This document shows, piece after piece, positions 1 through 10,352 of a DNA stretch of 64,000 bases. The position numbers and the translations under genes are program-made. The DNA is from Patescibacteria group bacterium. GTDB lineage: Bacteria > Patescibacteriota > Minisyncoccia > GCA-002772825. Every line of letters begins with the position of its first letter. Positions within the stretch are counted from its first letter, which is position 1. Location: positions 64,137-128,136 of the forward strand of contig JANLHB010000016.1 in NCBI GenBank assembly GCA_024654625.1. The letters run 5' to 3'. A model generated the notes under the pieces. The model was not told where the DNA came from. It saw nothing but the letters and a program-made list of their open reading frames with translations, and did no database searches.

Positions 1-242
1 CTTCCGGTCTTGTGGTTTTAGTTTCAAATAGCGCTTTTGATAATATATTTAGCGCAGATTTGAGGGAGAAGCTGATGTTTAAAGAGCGAGATACTATTGA
101 CCTTGTGTCTAAAATTGAAAATCTGATAAATATCCCTAAAGAAGATATATCGATTATAAAGAAAAATATGAGGGATATTATCGTGAAAAAACATAGTTTA
201 GAAAGTCTAATGGAAAAATTATCTTATGTTCTTAAAGAATAA
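1..242 (+). CDS. 3'-terminal fragment of a gene that starts upstream of the window; function unknown, possibly the end of a glycosyltransferase given the context
   Basis: The open frame runs from the window edge to a stop at 240-242. The next gene overlaps it, in the operon-like arrangement seen throughout the island. Confidence 0.3.
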   Translation, partial: SGLVVLVSNSAFDNIFSADLREKLMFKERDTIDLVSKIENLINIPKEDISIIKKNMRDIIVKKHSLESLMEKLSYVLKE

Positions 243-1002
243 AGTCAGAAAATTAATTTATTCTTTACTGAATATTTTATTACATTTAAGAAGACCGGAG
301 AGAGTAGCTATCTTGATGTATCACTCAGTGGGAGATAGCGACCTTCTTTTTAATGTTTCGCCGGAAAATTTCTTAAGGCAGATTAATTATTTGAAAAATA
401 GGAATTATCAAGTATTGAAGCTTACGGAGGTTATAGATAAAATAAATAGCAAAGAAAGGATTGAGCCGAAAACTGTTGTCATAACTTTTGATGACGGTTA
501 TAAAGATAATTATCAAAATGTTTTTCCTGTATTGAGTGAAAATAATTTTCCAGCCACTATTTTTATCCCGACTTCTTATATAGGAAGTAAGTTTAACGGT
601 TTGGATGTTTTAGACTGGAAAGAGATTAAAGAGATGGCGAGTTCCGGCCTTATTGATTTTGGGTTTCATTCACATACTCACCCTCATAAGATGTCTGATA
701 TAAGTATTGATAATTTTTCTTTAGAGATTAGTGAGGCAAAAAAGATTCTTGAAAAAAATCTTTTTAGATTTGTTTCTGTTTTTGCGTATCCTAGAGGAAG
801 CTACAATGATAGACAGGTTGAATTGTTAAAAAGAGAAGGTTTCGCCGGCGCTGTAACGGTAGAGGAGGGACTAGTAGGAAAAAATGATGACTCAATGAGA
901 CTTAAGAGGAATTTTATCCATAATAAATGCAGTTTTGCCGAGTTTAAGGGCAAATTAGGCTTAAGCGTTGTATGGTTTAATTTTATTAAACATCTTATAT
1001 GA
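226..1002 (+). CDS. polysaccharide deacetylase (CE4/NodB-homology domain)
   Basis: Has the ITFDDGYKDNY motif (TFDDG) and an HSHTHPH histidine motif, in the order and spacing typical of NodB-type deacetylases. Confidence 0.7.
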   Translation: MFLKNKVRKLIYSLLNILLHLRRPERVAILMYHSVGDSDLLFNVSPENFLRQINYLKNRNYQVLKLTEVIDKINSKERIEPKTVVITFDDGYKDNYQNVFPVLSENNFPATIFIPTSYIGSKFNGLDVLDWKEIKEMASSGLIDFGFHSHTHPHKMSDISIDNFSLEISEAKKILEKNLFRFVSVFAYPRGSYNDRQVELLKREGFAGAVTVEEGLVGKNDDSMRLKRNFIHNKCSFAEFKGKLGLSVVWFNFIKHLI

Positions 1003-2387
1003 AGAAAAATACAAAGATAAAAATAATACTATTTTCTATCGCGGTTATTGCTAATTTATTGATGTTTTTTTATCTTTATTCTTCACGTGGTCAAGATTTC
1101 TTTAATCCGTTAACACAGGGAACCGACCAGGCTGAATACGGGCGGATTGCTATTAACTTAGTAGAGCGCCGTTCTTTTTCTGTAGCTGAATTAGATCCAT
1201 ATATTCCTAACCCGGCGCGGACGCCTATTTTTCCATTATTTTTAAGTCTTAGTTATCTTCTCACTGGCGGCTTTATATTGGCAATATTGCTTAACATTCT
1301 TATAAGCGCCATTACAGCTATTATCGTCTTTGATATAGCTTTCTTGGCAGCCAAACGTCCTAATATCGCTTTTTTGTCAGGACTCATTTTTGCCTTGCTT
1401 CCATATAAAATTTATCTTTCAAATTTGATAATGGCTGATATTTTCTTTATGTTTTTTTTCAGTCTTTTTGCATTATCCTTTCTTAAGATTATTGAAGATG
1501 AAGAGGGTTTTAATTTTAAAAATGCTACTTTGGCCGGTAGCTTACTTGGCCTTTCTGTACTCGTACGCCCGATAACTCAATTTTTTATAGTGATACCTGT
1601 CTTTATTACACTATTATTTTTTAAAAAAGATTTTAAGAAAAGAATCGCAGTTTCCGTTTTATTGGTTGTATCGTTTGTTCTTGTTTTAACCCCTTGGCTT
1701 TTAAGAAATGAAATTCATTTTGGAGAACCATTTTTATCATCAGTCGGCAGGTATCATATGTATGTGAGCTATCTGGCGCCTTGGCAAGCGTATAAAGAAA
1801 AGGTATCAAGAGACGAGAAGCATAGAGAGGTTTTAGAATATATTGAGGGTCAATATGGCAATGACGCGATGTATAATATAGAGGCCTCAACAGAGCTCTC
1901 AAAGATAGCCAAGAAAGAGATATTGAGAAATCCTTTGAGCTATCTTTTTTTTCACCTTTCATCAGTACCTATTTATTTTCTGAATAATGATTTTATGCTT
2001 ACAGCCAGAGAAGCATTTAACGCAAAGCTCCCAGACGTATATATAGCACAAAAGATTTTCTCTCTTGATTTTAAGGGGTTACGGCAGGCTATCTTTAGTT
2101 CGGGGATATTTTTTACCGCATTTTTTCTTATCAGTTATCTTGTTGTCGCCATTAAGTCCGGGCTTGGAGTTCTTTGGGTATTTTATTATTTAAAACGCAG
2201 TCTTTATATAAACACTTTTGTTATATTATCCATCTTGTATTTCCCTTTGCTCATCGGCTTTGAGGGGCATGCTAGATTTAGGATACCTATTGAACCCTTC
2301 CTTATAATTTTTTCCGTACTGGCTATTTTTGACATATGGAAGTTTATGAAAGAAAAATTTTTTAAACCGCAAAATGAAAATTTCTAA
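999..2387 (+). CDS. GT-C fold membrane glycosyltransferase, PMT_2/ArnT-like (polyprenyl-phosphate-sugar dependent)
   Basis: Multi-pass hydrophobic protein of 462 aa. An early loop motif NPARTPIFPLFLSL resembles the R-x-P-G-Y-P-x-F-L motif of ArnT/PMT family enzymes. The stop/start ATGA overlaps the neighbouring genes. Confidence 0.55.
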   Translation: MKKNTKIKIILFSIAVIANLLMFFYLYSSRGQDFFNPLTQGTDQAEYGRIAINLVERRSFSVAELDPYIPNPARTPIFPLFLSLSYLLTGGFILAILLNILISAITAIIVFDIAFLAAKRPNIAFLSGLIFALLPYKIYLSNLIMADIFFMFFFSLFALSFLKIIEDEEGFNFKNATLAGSLLGLSVLVRPITQFFIVIPVFITLLFFKKDFKKRIAVSVLLVVSFVLVLTPWLLRNEIHFGEPFLSSVGRYHMYVSYLAPWQAYKEKVSRDEKHREVLEYIEGQYGNDAMYNIEASTELSKIAKKEILRNPLSYLFFHLSSVPIYFLNNDFMLTAREAFNAKLPDVYIAQKIFSLDFKGLRQAIFSSGIFFTAFFLISYLVVAIKSGLGVLWVFYYLKRSLYINTFVILSILYFPLLIGFEGHARFRIPIEPFLIIFSVLAIFDIWKFMKEKFFKPQNENF

Positions 2388-3531
2388 CGGAAAACTTAAA
2401 ATTTTCTATATTGCTAATGCGCGTATCCCCACGGAAAAGGCGCATGGTATACAGATAATGAAGATGTGTGAAGCGTTTGCCACCAAGGGGGCAGACGTTA
2501 CTCTAGTATTGCCTAAGAGGCGTAACCCGATCAAGCAAGACCCTTTCTCTTATTATGAGGTTAAGCCGATTTTTAAGATTAAGAAACTACCTTCTTTGGA
2601 TTTGCTTTTTATTGATAGTCCGGTCACTTTTATATTGAGTGCATTGGTCTTCTCAATATCTGTTTTTGGTTTTCTTTTTTTTAGAAAAAAAGATTATGTT
2701 GTCTATACGCGAGGAGAGATTATTTTATTTTTAAGCAAGTTTTTATCTAGGCGTTTGTTTTGGGAGACACACATTAAACCCTCAAATATAGATAGATACA
2801 AGAAAGCTGTTAGAAAGATTGGTGGTGTTATTGTAGTCACGAAGTATTATAGAGATATATTGATAAAGGAATTTAATGTATTGCCTGAAAAGTTATTATA
2901 TTTTCCCGATAGTGTTGACTTAGATATTTTTGATATAGATATAGACAAAGGAGAAGCGCGGAGGAGATTAAATTTACCGATAGATAAGAAAATAATCGTC
3001 TATACGGGGAGCCTTCTTAAGTGGAAAGGAATTGAAACTTTAATAGAGTCTGCTAATTTTTTAGATGATGATAATTTGCTATATATAGTCGGAGATCTAA
3101 AAAAAGATGATAGTTATTATTTGCCTCTCGTTAAATCTTCTCCTAATATCAAGTTTGTCGGCTTAAAGCCTTATGGTAAAATTCCTTTATGGCTTAAGGC
3201 GTCTGATGTTCTAGTCCTCACGGGCACAGAAAAGAACGAGATTTCAAAATATTATACGTCGCCTTTAAAACTTTTTGAATATATGGCATCAGGTAAGCCT
3301 ATTATCGCTCCGAGATTGCCTTCTTTCTTGGATATTCTTAACGAGAACAATTCCTTCCTAGTCGATTCGGATGATCCAAGGAAGTTGGCGGATCGTATAA
3401 AATTTGTTTTAGCAAACGAAGCTCAGGTTCAAGGTATCACAGAAAAAGCGTATAATGATTCAAAAAATTATTCTTGGAATAAAAGAAGCGAATCAATTAA
3501 GAATTTTATTGAAAATAGATTAATGCTATGA
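2374..3531 (+). CDS. glycosyltransferase family 4 (GT-B, retaining)
   Basis: The C-terminal half carries E-x7-E-like signatures (KLFEYMASGKPIIAP), typical of GT4. Confidence 0.75.
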   Translation: MKISNGKLKIFYIANARIPTEKAHGIQIMKMCEAFATKGADVTLVLPKRRNPIKQDPFSYYEVKPIFKIKKLPSLDLLFIDSPVTFILSALVFSISVFGFLFFRKKDYVVYTRGEIILFLSKFLSRRLFWETHIKPSNIDRYKKAVRKIGGVIVVTKYYRDILIKEFNVLPEKLLYFPDSVDLDIFDIDIDKGEARRRLNLPIDKKIIVYTGSLLKWKGIETLIESANFLDDDNLLYIVGDLKKDDSYYLPLVKSSPNIKFVGLKPYGKIPLWLKASDVLVLTGTEKNEISKYYTSPLKLFEYMASGKPIIAPRLPSFLDILNENNSFLVDSDDPRKLADRIKFVLANEAQVQGITEKAYNDSKNYSWNKRSESIKNFIENRLML

Positions 3532-4607
3532 AAATAGGGATAATTTTACATCCGTATGGAGAAGGGAAGCCGGCCGGCTTAGGTCGTTATATCTTAGAAC
3601 TGACAAAATCTCTTATTGAAAATGATAAAGATAACGAGTATATAGTTTATCTTAAGGAGAAGCCTAAGATAATGCCGGAATTTATTACTTCAAATTGGAG
3701 GGTTGAAGTTTTAGGCTTGGGCAGATTTTGGAGAGAGATAGGGTTTTTCTTTGCGCCAAAGGCGGATATTTATATATTTAACACTCCGGTAATGCCGATC
3801 TTTTTTCGGTCTAAGAAATCTATTGTAATCGCTCTTGATTTTGCTTATCTTTATTTTAAGCCGGATGGAATCAAAGAAAGAATTAATAATTTCTTATTAT
3901 ATAAGATGAATAGTTTTGCTTTGAAGCGAGCGGATAAAATAGTTTCTATATCAGAAGCGACAAAAAAAGATATTATCAAATTGTTTAATATTCTTGATAA
4001 AAAAATAGAAGTGATATATCCCGGCTTTAGTAAAATATGCGCTTTTCCGTCAGAGGAGATTGCTGTTCCTTTAAATTTCTTTCTTTATGTTGGAGTGATC
4101 AAAGAAAGGAAAAATCTTCTAAATATCATAAAAGGTTTTTATGAATTTAAGAAAGAGAATAAGTCTGATATTAAGCTTGTTGTAGCCGGCAAAGGGAGTG
4201 GCGCTTATTATGAAGAAGCATTGTCTTTTGTTGAGGAGGATGATTTAAAAGAAGAAGTGGTCTTCTTGGGATTTGTTAATGACAATCAGTTGTCTTTCCT
4301 ATACAAGAACGCCAGAGCCTTTATCTTTCCTAGTTTGATTGAAGGTTTCGGTATGCCCGTACTTGAGGCGATGGACTGTGGCCTGCCGGTTGTCACTTCA
4401 AGGGAGAGCTCTCTTTCTGAAGTGGCTGGCGGCGCGGCGCTCTTAGTTGACCCGAAAGACCCAAAAGAGATATCAAGAGTTATGGAGAGGGTAGCTTTTG
4501 ATGATAAGCTAAGAGATGATTTGATAGAGATGGGAGATAGAAGGGTGATTGATTTCTCATGGAAGAAATGCGCTAGCCAGTTTATAGTATTACTTAATAA
4601 AATATGA
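3528..4607 (+). CDS. glycosyltransferase family 4
   Basis: Contains the motif EGFGMPVLEAMDCGLPVVTS, canonical for GT1/GT4 nucleotide-sugar binding domains. Confidence 0.8.
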   Translation: MKIGIILHPYGEGKPAGLGRYILELTKSLIENDKDNEYIVYLKEKPKIMPEFITSNWRVEVLGLGRFWREIGFFFAPKADIYIFNTPVMPIFFRSKKSIVIALDFAYLYFKPDGIKERINNFLLYKMNSFALKRADKIVSISEATKKDIIKLFNILDKKIEVIYPGFSKICAFPSEEIAVPLNFFLYVGVIKERKNLLNIIKGFYEFKKENKSDIKLVVAGKGSGAYYEEALSFVEEDDLKEEVVFLGFVNDNQLSFLYKNARAFIFPSLIEGFGMPVLEAMDCGLPVVTSRESSLSEVAGGAALLVDPKDPKEISRVMERVAFDDKLRDDLIEMGDRRVIDFSWKKCASQFIVLLNKI

Positions 4608-6316
4608 ATTCCATAATAAGAAAACATTTTTTGTTTATAATTCTTATTGCTGTTCTTGCTATCTATCTTGGATATATGGCGACTCTTGAGAATACTTGGG
4701 ACGGCTGGGCTTTTGGTTCGGCTCAAACGCTTTTAAGTTCAGAACATTGGTTAAAAGATGGATTTATTTTTAATAAATTCCTTTTTTTGCCTATGGGTTA
4801 TTCAAAAGTAGTTAAGTATCTTGACGAACCGGAATTGAGGCATCTTGCAAGAGGACTCCACGAGGGTCAGGCTATATTGATAGATCAAAGATCTCATTAT
4901 ACTCATTACCCGCCTGGTTATCTTTTGCCATATGCGACTTTGATGAAAATAGGATTTTCCGAGAGATATTGGTTTAGATTTTTGTCGTTATTTTTTTCAT
5001 TTACAGCGCTTGTTTTTATGTACTGGTTTTTTAATTTAATTTCAAATCGTATCGTGGCATTTTTTGCTGTTTCTTATTATGCGGTATCCACAATGTTTCT
5101 TGGATTTGCTGATTCTTTGGCTAATCAGCCGATTGATGATTTTCTGCGATTTAGCATTATGCTTTTGAGCCTTTTTGCCGTAAAGGCGCGTGATAATACT
5201 GAGAAATATAGATTGTATAACATTTTTATCTGGATAATTTATTTTATCTTGGCGATTTCTTCTTATGATTCCACTTTTTTTATTTTCATCTGGCTTGTGG
5301 GACTTGATCTCGTAATGACTAAGAAAATTTTATGGAAGAGATGGCTAATCTTTGTCTTAGCGCCTATTGCGGCATTTACTCTTCAGTTTTTGCAAAACTG
5401 GTGGTATCTTGGATATCCCGATGTCTGGCTTGATGCAAAAGGTATTTTTTTTAAAAGATCTTTAGTTGGTCCAGGAAATAATTTTTTTGAAAAGCATATA
5501 AGGTCCATGTTATCGCCTTTGGCTTATATTACGGGTCTTAGGGTAAGAGTGATTTTGCCAATTATAGCGATAGTGATAGTTATAATTTCAATCTTTATTA
5601 AGAAAATTGTTGATAATAGACAAAATCTATTTAATTTAAAGCTACTTGCAGTTTTGGCTTTAGCCGGCGCTTCTTATCCTTTTATTTTTACCACTCCGGG
5701 GTATTTCGATTACAGCGGCAGACAATTTGCGCCATTTATAGGATTGATGATTGGATTATCAATTTTTCTATTGATTAAAACATTATCTAAAGAAAATAGC
5801 GGAAAGTCCTTCAGTTTTAATAAGTGGAATATAAAATTTATAATCACATTTTTTCTTCTGTCTATATTTGTTGGATTTATATTTTTTATTCAATTACGCA
5901 GGACATACGGATATGTTTTTAATCGGAATATAGATTCCAGTTATAAGCAATTTATCTATAGGGTAGATTATGATATAATTGATTTTTATAGAATCCTAAG
6001 GTCTTTATCTTCGAATGACAGTATAATATTTTACATTACACATAAGGAGGGAGAATATTTTACAAGTAATCCTATTTCTATTAGAGAATATTATGCTGAA
6101 GGGCTTATTCTAGATTCTTTGAAGTATGAAGATGTAATTAATAATTATTTACTTTTGAAGCAATACTCAGAAGAGTTTTTTGATTCTATTATTGTATCGA
6201 CAGAAAGAGAGCCACTGGAAAAAATTTTAAAAGCCTTATCCATGGATGTGGATGGCATTTCTGAAATAAAATTGATTAAGAGCAGGTATGTTATGGTGAT
6301 TAAAGAAAAATTATGA
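4604..6316 (+). CDS. paralogue A of a four-member family of large polytopic membrane proteins (putative GT-C-like glycosyltransferase; variable C-terminal domain)
   Basis: A ~330-aa conserved N-terminal block is shared with 6313-7947, 8697-10352 and 11922-13595(-). Shared motifs are WDGW.FGSAQT..SS.HW..DGF, FLFLPMGYSK, YYTHYP.GYL.PYA.LMK.GF.ER.WFR, ADSLANQP.DD, SSYDSTFF.F.WLVGLDL and LQN.WYL. The protein has many TM segments. Confidence 0.6.
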   Translation: MNSIIRKHFLFIILIAVLAIYLGYMATLENTWDGWAFGSAQTLLSSEHWLKDGFIFNKFLFLPMGYSKVVKYLDEPELRHLARGLHEGQAILIDQRSHYTHYPPGYLLPYATLMKIGFSERYWFRFLSLFFSFTALVFMYWFFNLISNRIVAFFAVSYYAVSTMFLGFADSLANQPIDDFLRFSIMLLSLFAVKARDNTEKYRLYNIFIWIIYFILAISSYDSTFFIFIWLVGLDLVMTKKILWKRWLIFVLAPIAAFTLQFLQNWWYLGYPDVWLDAKGIFFKRSLVGPGNNFFEKHIRSMLSPLAYITGLRVRVILPIIAIVIVIISIFIKKIVDNRQNLFNLKLLAVLALAGASYPFIFTTPGYFDYSGRQFAPFIGLMIGLSIFLLIKTLSKENSGKSFSFNKWNIKFIITFFLLSIFVGFIFFIQLRRTYGYVFNRNIDSSYKQFIYRVDYDIIDFYRILRSLSSNDSIIFYITHKEGEYFTSNPISIREYYAEGLILDSLKYEDVINNYLLLKQYSEEFFDSIIVSTEREPLEKILKALSMDVDGISEIKLIKSRYVMVIKEKL

Positions 6317-7947
6317 AAAGACATTCATTTTTTGTTATATTATGTTTGATTTTAGTCATTTATCTTGGAATCAAGACATTGTCTGATGATGGTTGGGGCG
6401 GGTGGCTTGAGGGGATAGGTGACGCAGCAACTCTTCTTTCTTCCAAACATTGGTCGGAAGACGGTTTTATCTATAGTAAGTTTCTTTTTCTGCCGATGGG
6501 TTACTCAAAGACTGTGAAATATTTTGATGAGCCAGAAATGAGGCAGCATGCTCGCGGCACGGTGACTGGCGGAATGATAGGGAGGCGCCTTTATTATACT
6601 CATTATCCGAGTGGCTATCTTATTCCATATGCATTATTGATGAAAGCTGGATTTGTAGAACGGCATTGGTTTAGATTATTAGCTTTGTTTTTTTCTTTTG
6701 GCTCGCTAATTCTAATGTATTGGTTTTTTAATTTAATTGCCACAAGATCCGTCGCTTTTTTTGCCGCTTTTTATTATGGTATTTCAACTATGTTTCTGGA
6801 TTTTGCTGATTCTTTGGCTAATCAGCCTGTCGATGATTTATTTAGGTTTAGCATTTTAGTTTTAAGTGTTTTAGCTGTTAAATCGATTGATAATTTAAAA
6901 AAGTATGAGATATATAATGTATTTATATGGTTTTTATATTTTGCTCTTGCCAGCTCTTCGTATGATTCCACATTTTTTATTTTTGTCTGGCTGGTTGGGT
7001 TGGATCTTATAACTGTAAGAAAGTTTTTATGGAAAAAATGGCTTATCTTTACATTAGCACCGGTTGCCGCTTTTGGTTTGCAGATAATCCAGAATTGGTG
7101 GTATCTAAGGAGTTGGAAAGATGTTTTCCTTGACATATCTGGCACTTCGTCTGCAAGGGTGCAGACTAGTAATATTTTAAGCCATATAAAACAAGTTTTT
7201 TTTACTTTTAATTTGGCATCAGGCTTAAAAACAGTGACCATCACTTTAATGGTTATAATTCTTTTGACCCTTCTTTATATATTTAGAGGAAAAATTAGTC
7301 AGCTCTACAAAAATTATATCAATGATAGCTTTAAATTATCCCTATTCCAAATTATGATAATACTTTTTTTGGCTGGGGCTTTATATCCTTTTGTGCTAGC
7401 TGGAACGGGGGGTTTTTCTTATCAAGGTCGTCAAGTCATGCCTTTTCTGGCTTTATTGATAGGAGTTAGTACTGTTCTGGCTATTAGATTGTTTAAAATT
7501 AAGGAAAAAACAAGGATTTTTCCTCAAATTATTTTGATTTTTACTTTGATATTTCTATGGGGATGGCAGATATACAGAACAACTCAATATATATATGCCT
7601 GGCCTAATAATAAACCAGATGCTCGTATTATTGAAATTGGCGACTATTTAGAATCATCAAGAACAGGGGATTCGGTAGTTTTTTATTTAGGAGACAGATT
7701 GCCTTTGACTTTATTAACAGAATATTATTTAAATATGCCATTTTTGTTTTTTAAGGATGAATCTAGCTTGGTCAGGGATTTTCTTTGGCTTAAAGAGCAT
7801 TCTGAATATTCTTTTGACACATTTATTATTTCAGATAGAAAAGGAATCAGCGATAATCTGCATAAATTATTATTGAAAGAGAGCGTTAATGAGACAGTAA
7901 GGATAAAATTTATCGCAGGGGAATATCTTTTTAAATTATCATTTTAA
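6313..7947 (+). CDS. paralogue B of the same membrane-protein family
   Basis: Same conserved N-terminal motifs as 4604-6316. The C-terminal ~200 aa are divergent. Confidence 0.6.
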   Translation: MKRHSFFVILCLILVIYLGIKTLSDDGWGGWLEGIGDAATLLSSKHWSEDGFIYSKFLFLPMGYSKTVKYFDEPEMRQHARGTVTGGMIGRRLYYTHYPSGYLIPYALLMKAGFVERHWFRLLALFFSFGSLILMYWFFNLIATRSVAFFAAFYYGISTMFLDFADSLANQPVDDLFRFSILVLSVLAVKSIDNLKKYEIYNVFIWFLYFALASSSYDSTFFIFVWLVGLDLITVRKFLWKKWLIFTLAPVAAFGLQIIQNWWYLRSWKDVFLDISGTSSARVQTSNILSHIKQVFFTFNLASGLKTVTITLMVIILLTLLYIFRGKISQLYKNYINDSFKLSLFQIMIILFLAGALYPFVLAGTGGFSYQGRQVMPFLALLIGVSTVLAIRLFKIKEKTRIFPQIILIFTLIFLWGWQIYRTTQYIYAWPNNKPDARIIEIGDYLESSRTGDSVVFYLGDRLPLTLLTEYYLNMPFLFFKDESSLVRDFLWLKEHSEYSFDTFIISDRKGISDNLHKLLLKESVNETVRIKFIAGEYLFKLSF

Positions 7948-7963
7948 TGTTATTATATGATTT

Positions 7964-8716
7964 ATGTCTTACTATAAAAGCAACGACAGCCAGAAGGAAT
8001 TTTTTAATCAGATTATAGATACATACAGAATAGGAAATGAGGCAAACATAGACCTCTTGCTTAATTTAAGGAATGCAGTATCTGAGTTCATTGAGGGTGA
8101 TATTTTGGATATTGGTAATGGAGGATTAATAAATTTTGATATTGATAAAGCTAAATCAGTGATTTTAGCTGATATTGTTTTGGACCCAATAAAGAATCCA
8201 AAAATAATTAAAGGTAGATCCATTGTAGAGCTGGACGAAGACCATAAGAAACTTTTTAATTTCGTAGAAGCGGATGTTTTAAAAATGCCTTTTGCCGATA
8301 AAAGTTTTGATAGAGTTCTGATGTTTAATGTAGCTCATCATCTTTCGGTGGAATCTTCTAAGGATTCTGTTTTAAATATTAACTATGCCATAGATGGCAT
8401 TAAGAGGATTTTGCGCGATGATGGTATTTTTTTGATATGGGAGACTTGCCCATCTTTTCCGATTAAATTGGCTCAAGATGCGGGCTATAATTTATTATTT
8501 TGGATATTAAAAAAATTTAACAGGCCCTTGCCTTATTTTTTGGCCAGAAAAAATATAAAAAAATTACTGGAGAAAAAGGGATTTAATTTGATTTTAGTTA
8601 AAGAGATAGAATGGGGAGACAAAGTTTATTCACCTATATTTCCAAAGATCCTTGCTCCTAGATGGCTGTGGAATAAAATTTTGAGGACTTATTTATTTGT
8701 GGCTAAGAAAAATTAG
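7964..8716 (+). CDS. class I SAM-dependent methyltransferase
   Basis: Glycine-rich motif I (ILDIGNGGL), an acidic loop, and VLMFNVAHHL (post-II/III region), typical of Methyltransf_11/12. Confidence 0.6.
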   Translation: MSYYKSNDSQKEFFNQIIDTYRIGNEANIDLLLNLRNAVSEFIEGDILDIGNGGLINFDIDKAKSVILADIVLDPIKNPKIIKGRSIVELDEDHKKLFNFVEADVLKMPFADKSFDRVLMFNVAHHLSVESSKDSVLNINYAIDGIKRILRDDGIFLIWETCPSFPIKLAQDAGYNLLFWILKKFNRPLPYFLARKNIKKLLEKKGFNLILVKEIEWGDKVYSPIFPKILAPRWLWNKILRTYLFVAKKN

Positions 8717-10352
8717 ATTTTTCATGAAGTTTTTTTATTCTCATAAATGGTTTATTTTTTTATTCATATTTTTGGTAATATTTTTAAGTTTGAAAGCTAT
8801 ACCGAAAGATTCCTGGGACGATTGGGGTTTTGGTTCGGCGCAGACGATGATGAGTTCTCGTCACTGGGTTAAAGATGGTTTTATCCACAGTAAATTCCTT
8901 TTTTTGCCTATGGGTTATTCAAAGTCGGTGCGTTATTTAGATGGAACGGATATGAGGCATCTTACTCGCGGTACCATGACAGGCAAACTTATAGGCAGTA
9001 GACTTTATTATACTCATTATCCTGCCGGTTATCTTTTGCCATATGCGACTTTGATGAAGATTGGATTCTCTGAAAGGTTTTGGTTTAGATTTTTGGCAAT
9101 ACTCATTTCGCTTGCAGGGATTTCTTTAATGTATGCAGGTTTCTCTCTCATCTCCACGCGGATGATAGCCTTTCTGGCAACTCTGTATTATGCCGGCTCA
9201 ACGATGTTTCTAGGAATAGCGGATTCGCTGGCTAATCAGCCAATAGACGATTTATTTAGATTTTCAATCCTATTTTTAAGCGTGTGGATATATAAAATTT
9301 CTGACGACAAGAAGAAGAGACTTTATAATATATTCATCTGGTTTTTATATTTTGCTCTTGCCGGTTCATCTTACGATTCCACTTTTTTCGTGTTCGTTTG
9401 GCTTGTGGGGCTTGATCTCGTAATGACTAAGAAAATTTTGTGGAAGAAATGGCTTATTTTTGCCACAGCTCCGGTTATGGCATTTTTAGTTCAGCTTTTG
9501 CAAAATCTCTGGTATCTGGGTGTTCATGACGCTTTGCTTGATATCTATGGATCGTTTAGAGCTCGCGCGAATACCGGCCCAGGGACAAATGTATTTGAAA
9601 AACATATTCGCGCTATATTTTCACCTTGGGTTTATATGACTGACTTACGCGCGCGATTTATCATTCCGATTATTGTTGTTTTGTTTTCTATATTCGTGTT
9701 TCTCAAAAGACATGCCCTTAAAAATCTATATAATTTTCCAAAGAATGAAATTCTAGTTCTTTTGGCGATTTCCGGCTTCGCTTATCCTTTTATTCTTGTT
9801 TCTTCGGGTTATTTCCCGTATCAAGCAAGGCAGGCGGCGCTTTTTATATCATTACTACTTGCATCCGCAACAGTTCTTATCTTCCTCATAGCTAAAGATA
9901 TTAAAACTTTTCGCGCTTTTAAATCTGATTTTCAAATTAAAAGAGCCATGGCTCTTTTAATTTTAGTAATTTTAGTCAGTTTGTTATGGTTTAAGCAGGC
10001 AGACAGGACATACGCGTATATCAAACAATGGCCGAATAATGTTGTTGATGAGAAGATTATAAAATTCGGGCAAGATATGAGGGATGTGACTCACGGTCGT
10101 GATAGTGTGATTTTTAGAATGGAGAAGACGAGTTCATATCGTTATCCTCAAGCAGATCCGTTTTTGGAATATTATGCCGGCATGCCGATATTATCTTTTA
10201 AAGATACTAAAGATTTGGCGGATGATTTAATAAAATTAAAGAATCGTTCAGTTTATTCTTTTTTACCGATTATTATTGCTGATGATAAAGAAATAAGAAG
10301 TATAAAAGAATTTATATCCGGTAATAATTATGGCGAGGTTTATATTAAATAA
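8697..10352 (+). CDS. paralogue C of the membrane-protein family
   Basis: Conserved N-terminal block. Two ~60-nt stretches are nearly identical at the nucleotide level to 4604-6316 (compare ~4915-4985 with ~9025-9095, and ~5290-5350 with ~9400-9460). Confidence 0.6.
   Translation: MWLRKIRFFMKFFYSHKWFIFLFIFLVIFLSLKAIPKDSWDDWGFGSAQTMMSSRHWVKDGFIHSKFLFLPMGYSKSVRYLDGTDMRHLTRGTMTGKLIGSRLYYTHYPAGYLLPYATLMKIGFSERFWFRFLAILISLAGISLMYAGFSLISTRMIAFLATLYYAGSTMFLGIADSLANQPIDDLFRFSILFLSVWIYKISDDKKKRLYNIFIWFLYFALAGSSYDSTFFVFVWLVGLDLVMTKKILWKKWLIFATAPVMAFLVQLLQNLWYLGVHDALLDIYGSFRARANTGPGTNVFEKHIRAIFSPWVYMTDLRARFIIPIIVVLFSIFVFLKRHALKNLYNFPKNEILVLLAISGFAYPFILVSSGYFPYQARQAALFISLLLASATVLIFLIAKDIKTFRAFKSDFQIKRAMALLILVILVSLLWFKQADRTYAYIKQWPNNVVDEKIIKFGQDMRDVTHGRDSVIFRMEKTSSYRYPQADPFLEYYAGMPILSFKDTKDLADDLIKLKNRSVYSFLPIIIADDKEIRSIKEFISGNNYGEVYIK

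Noticed and set aside
1633-1962. 109-aa minus-strand ORF inside the GT-C gene 999-2387. The same applies to similar antisense ORFs such as 4286-4726, 6822-7244, 8008-8223, 11385-11591, 12676-12876, 26778-27089 and 29407-29700.
   Set aside because: All of these are fully embedded antisense to long plus-strand genes that carry clear family motifs. They have no RBS or motif support and are taken as chance ORFs.
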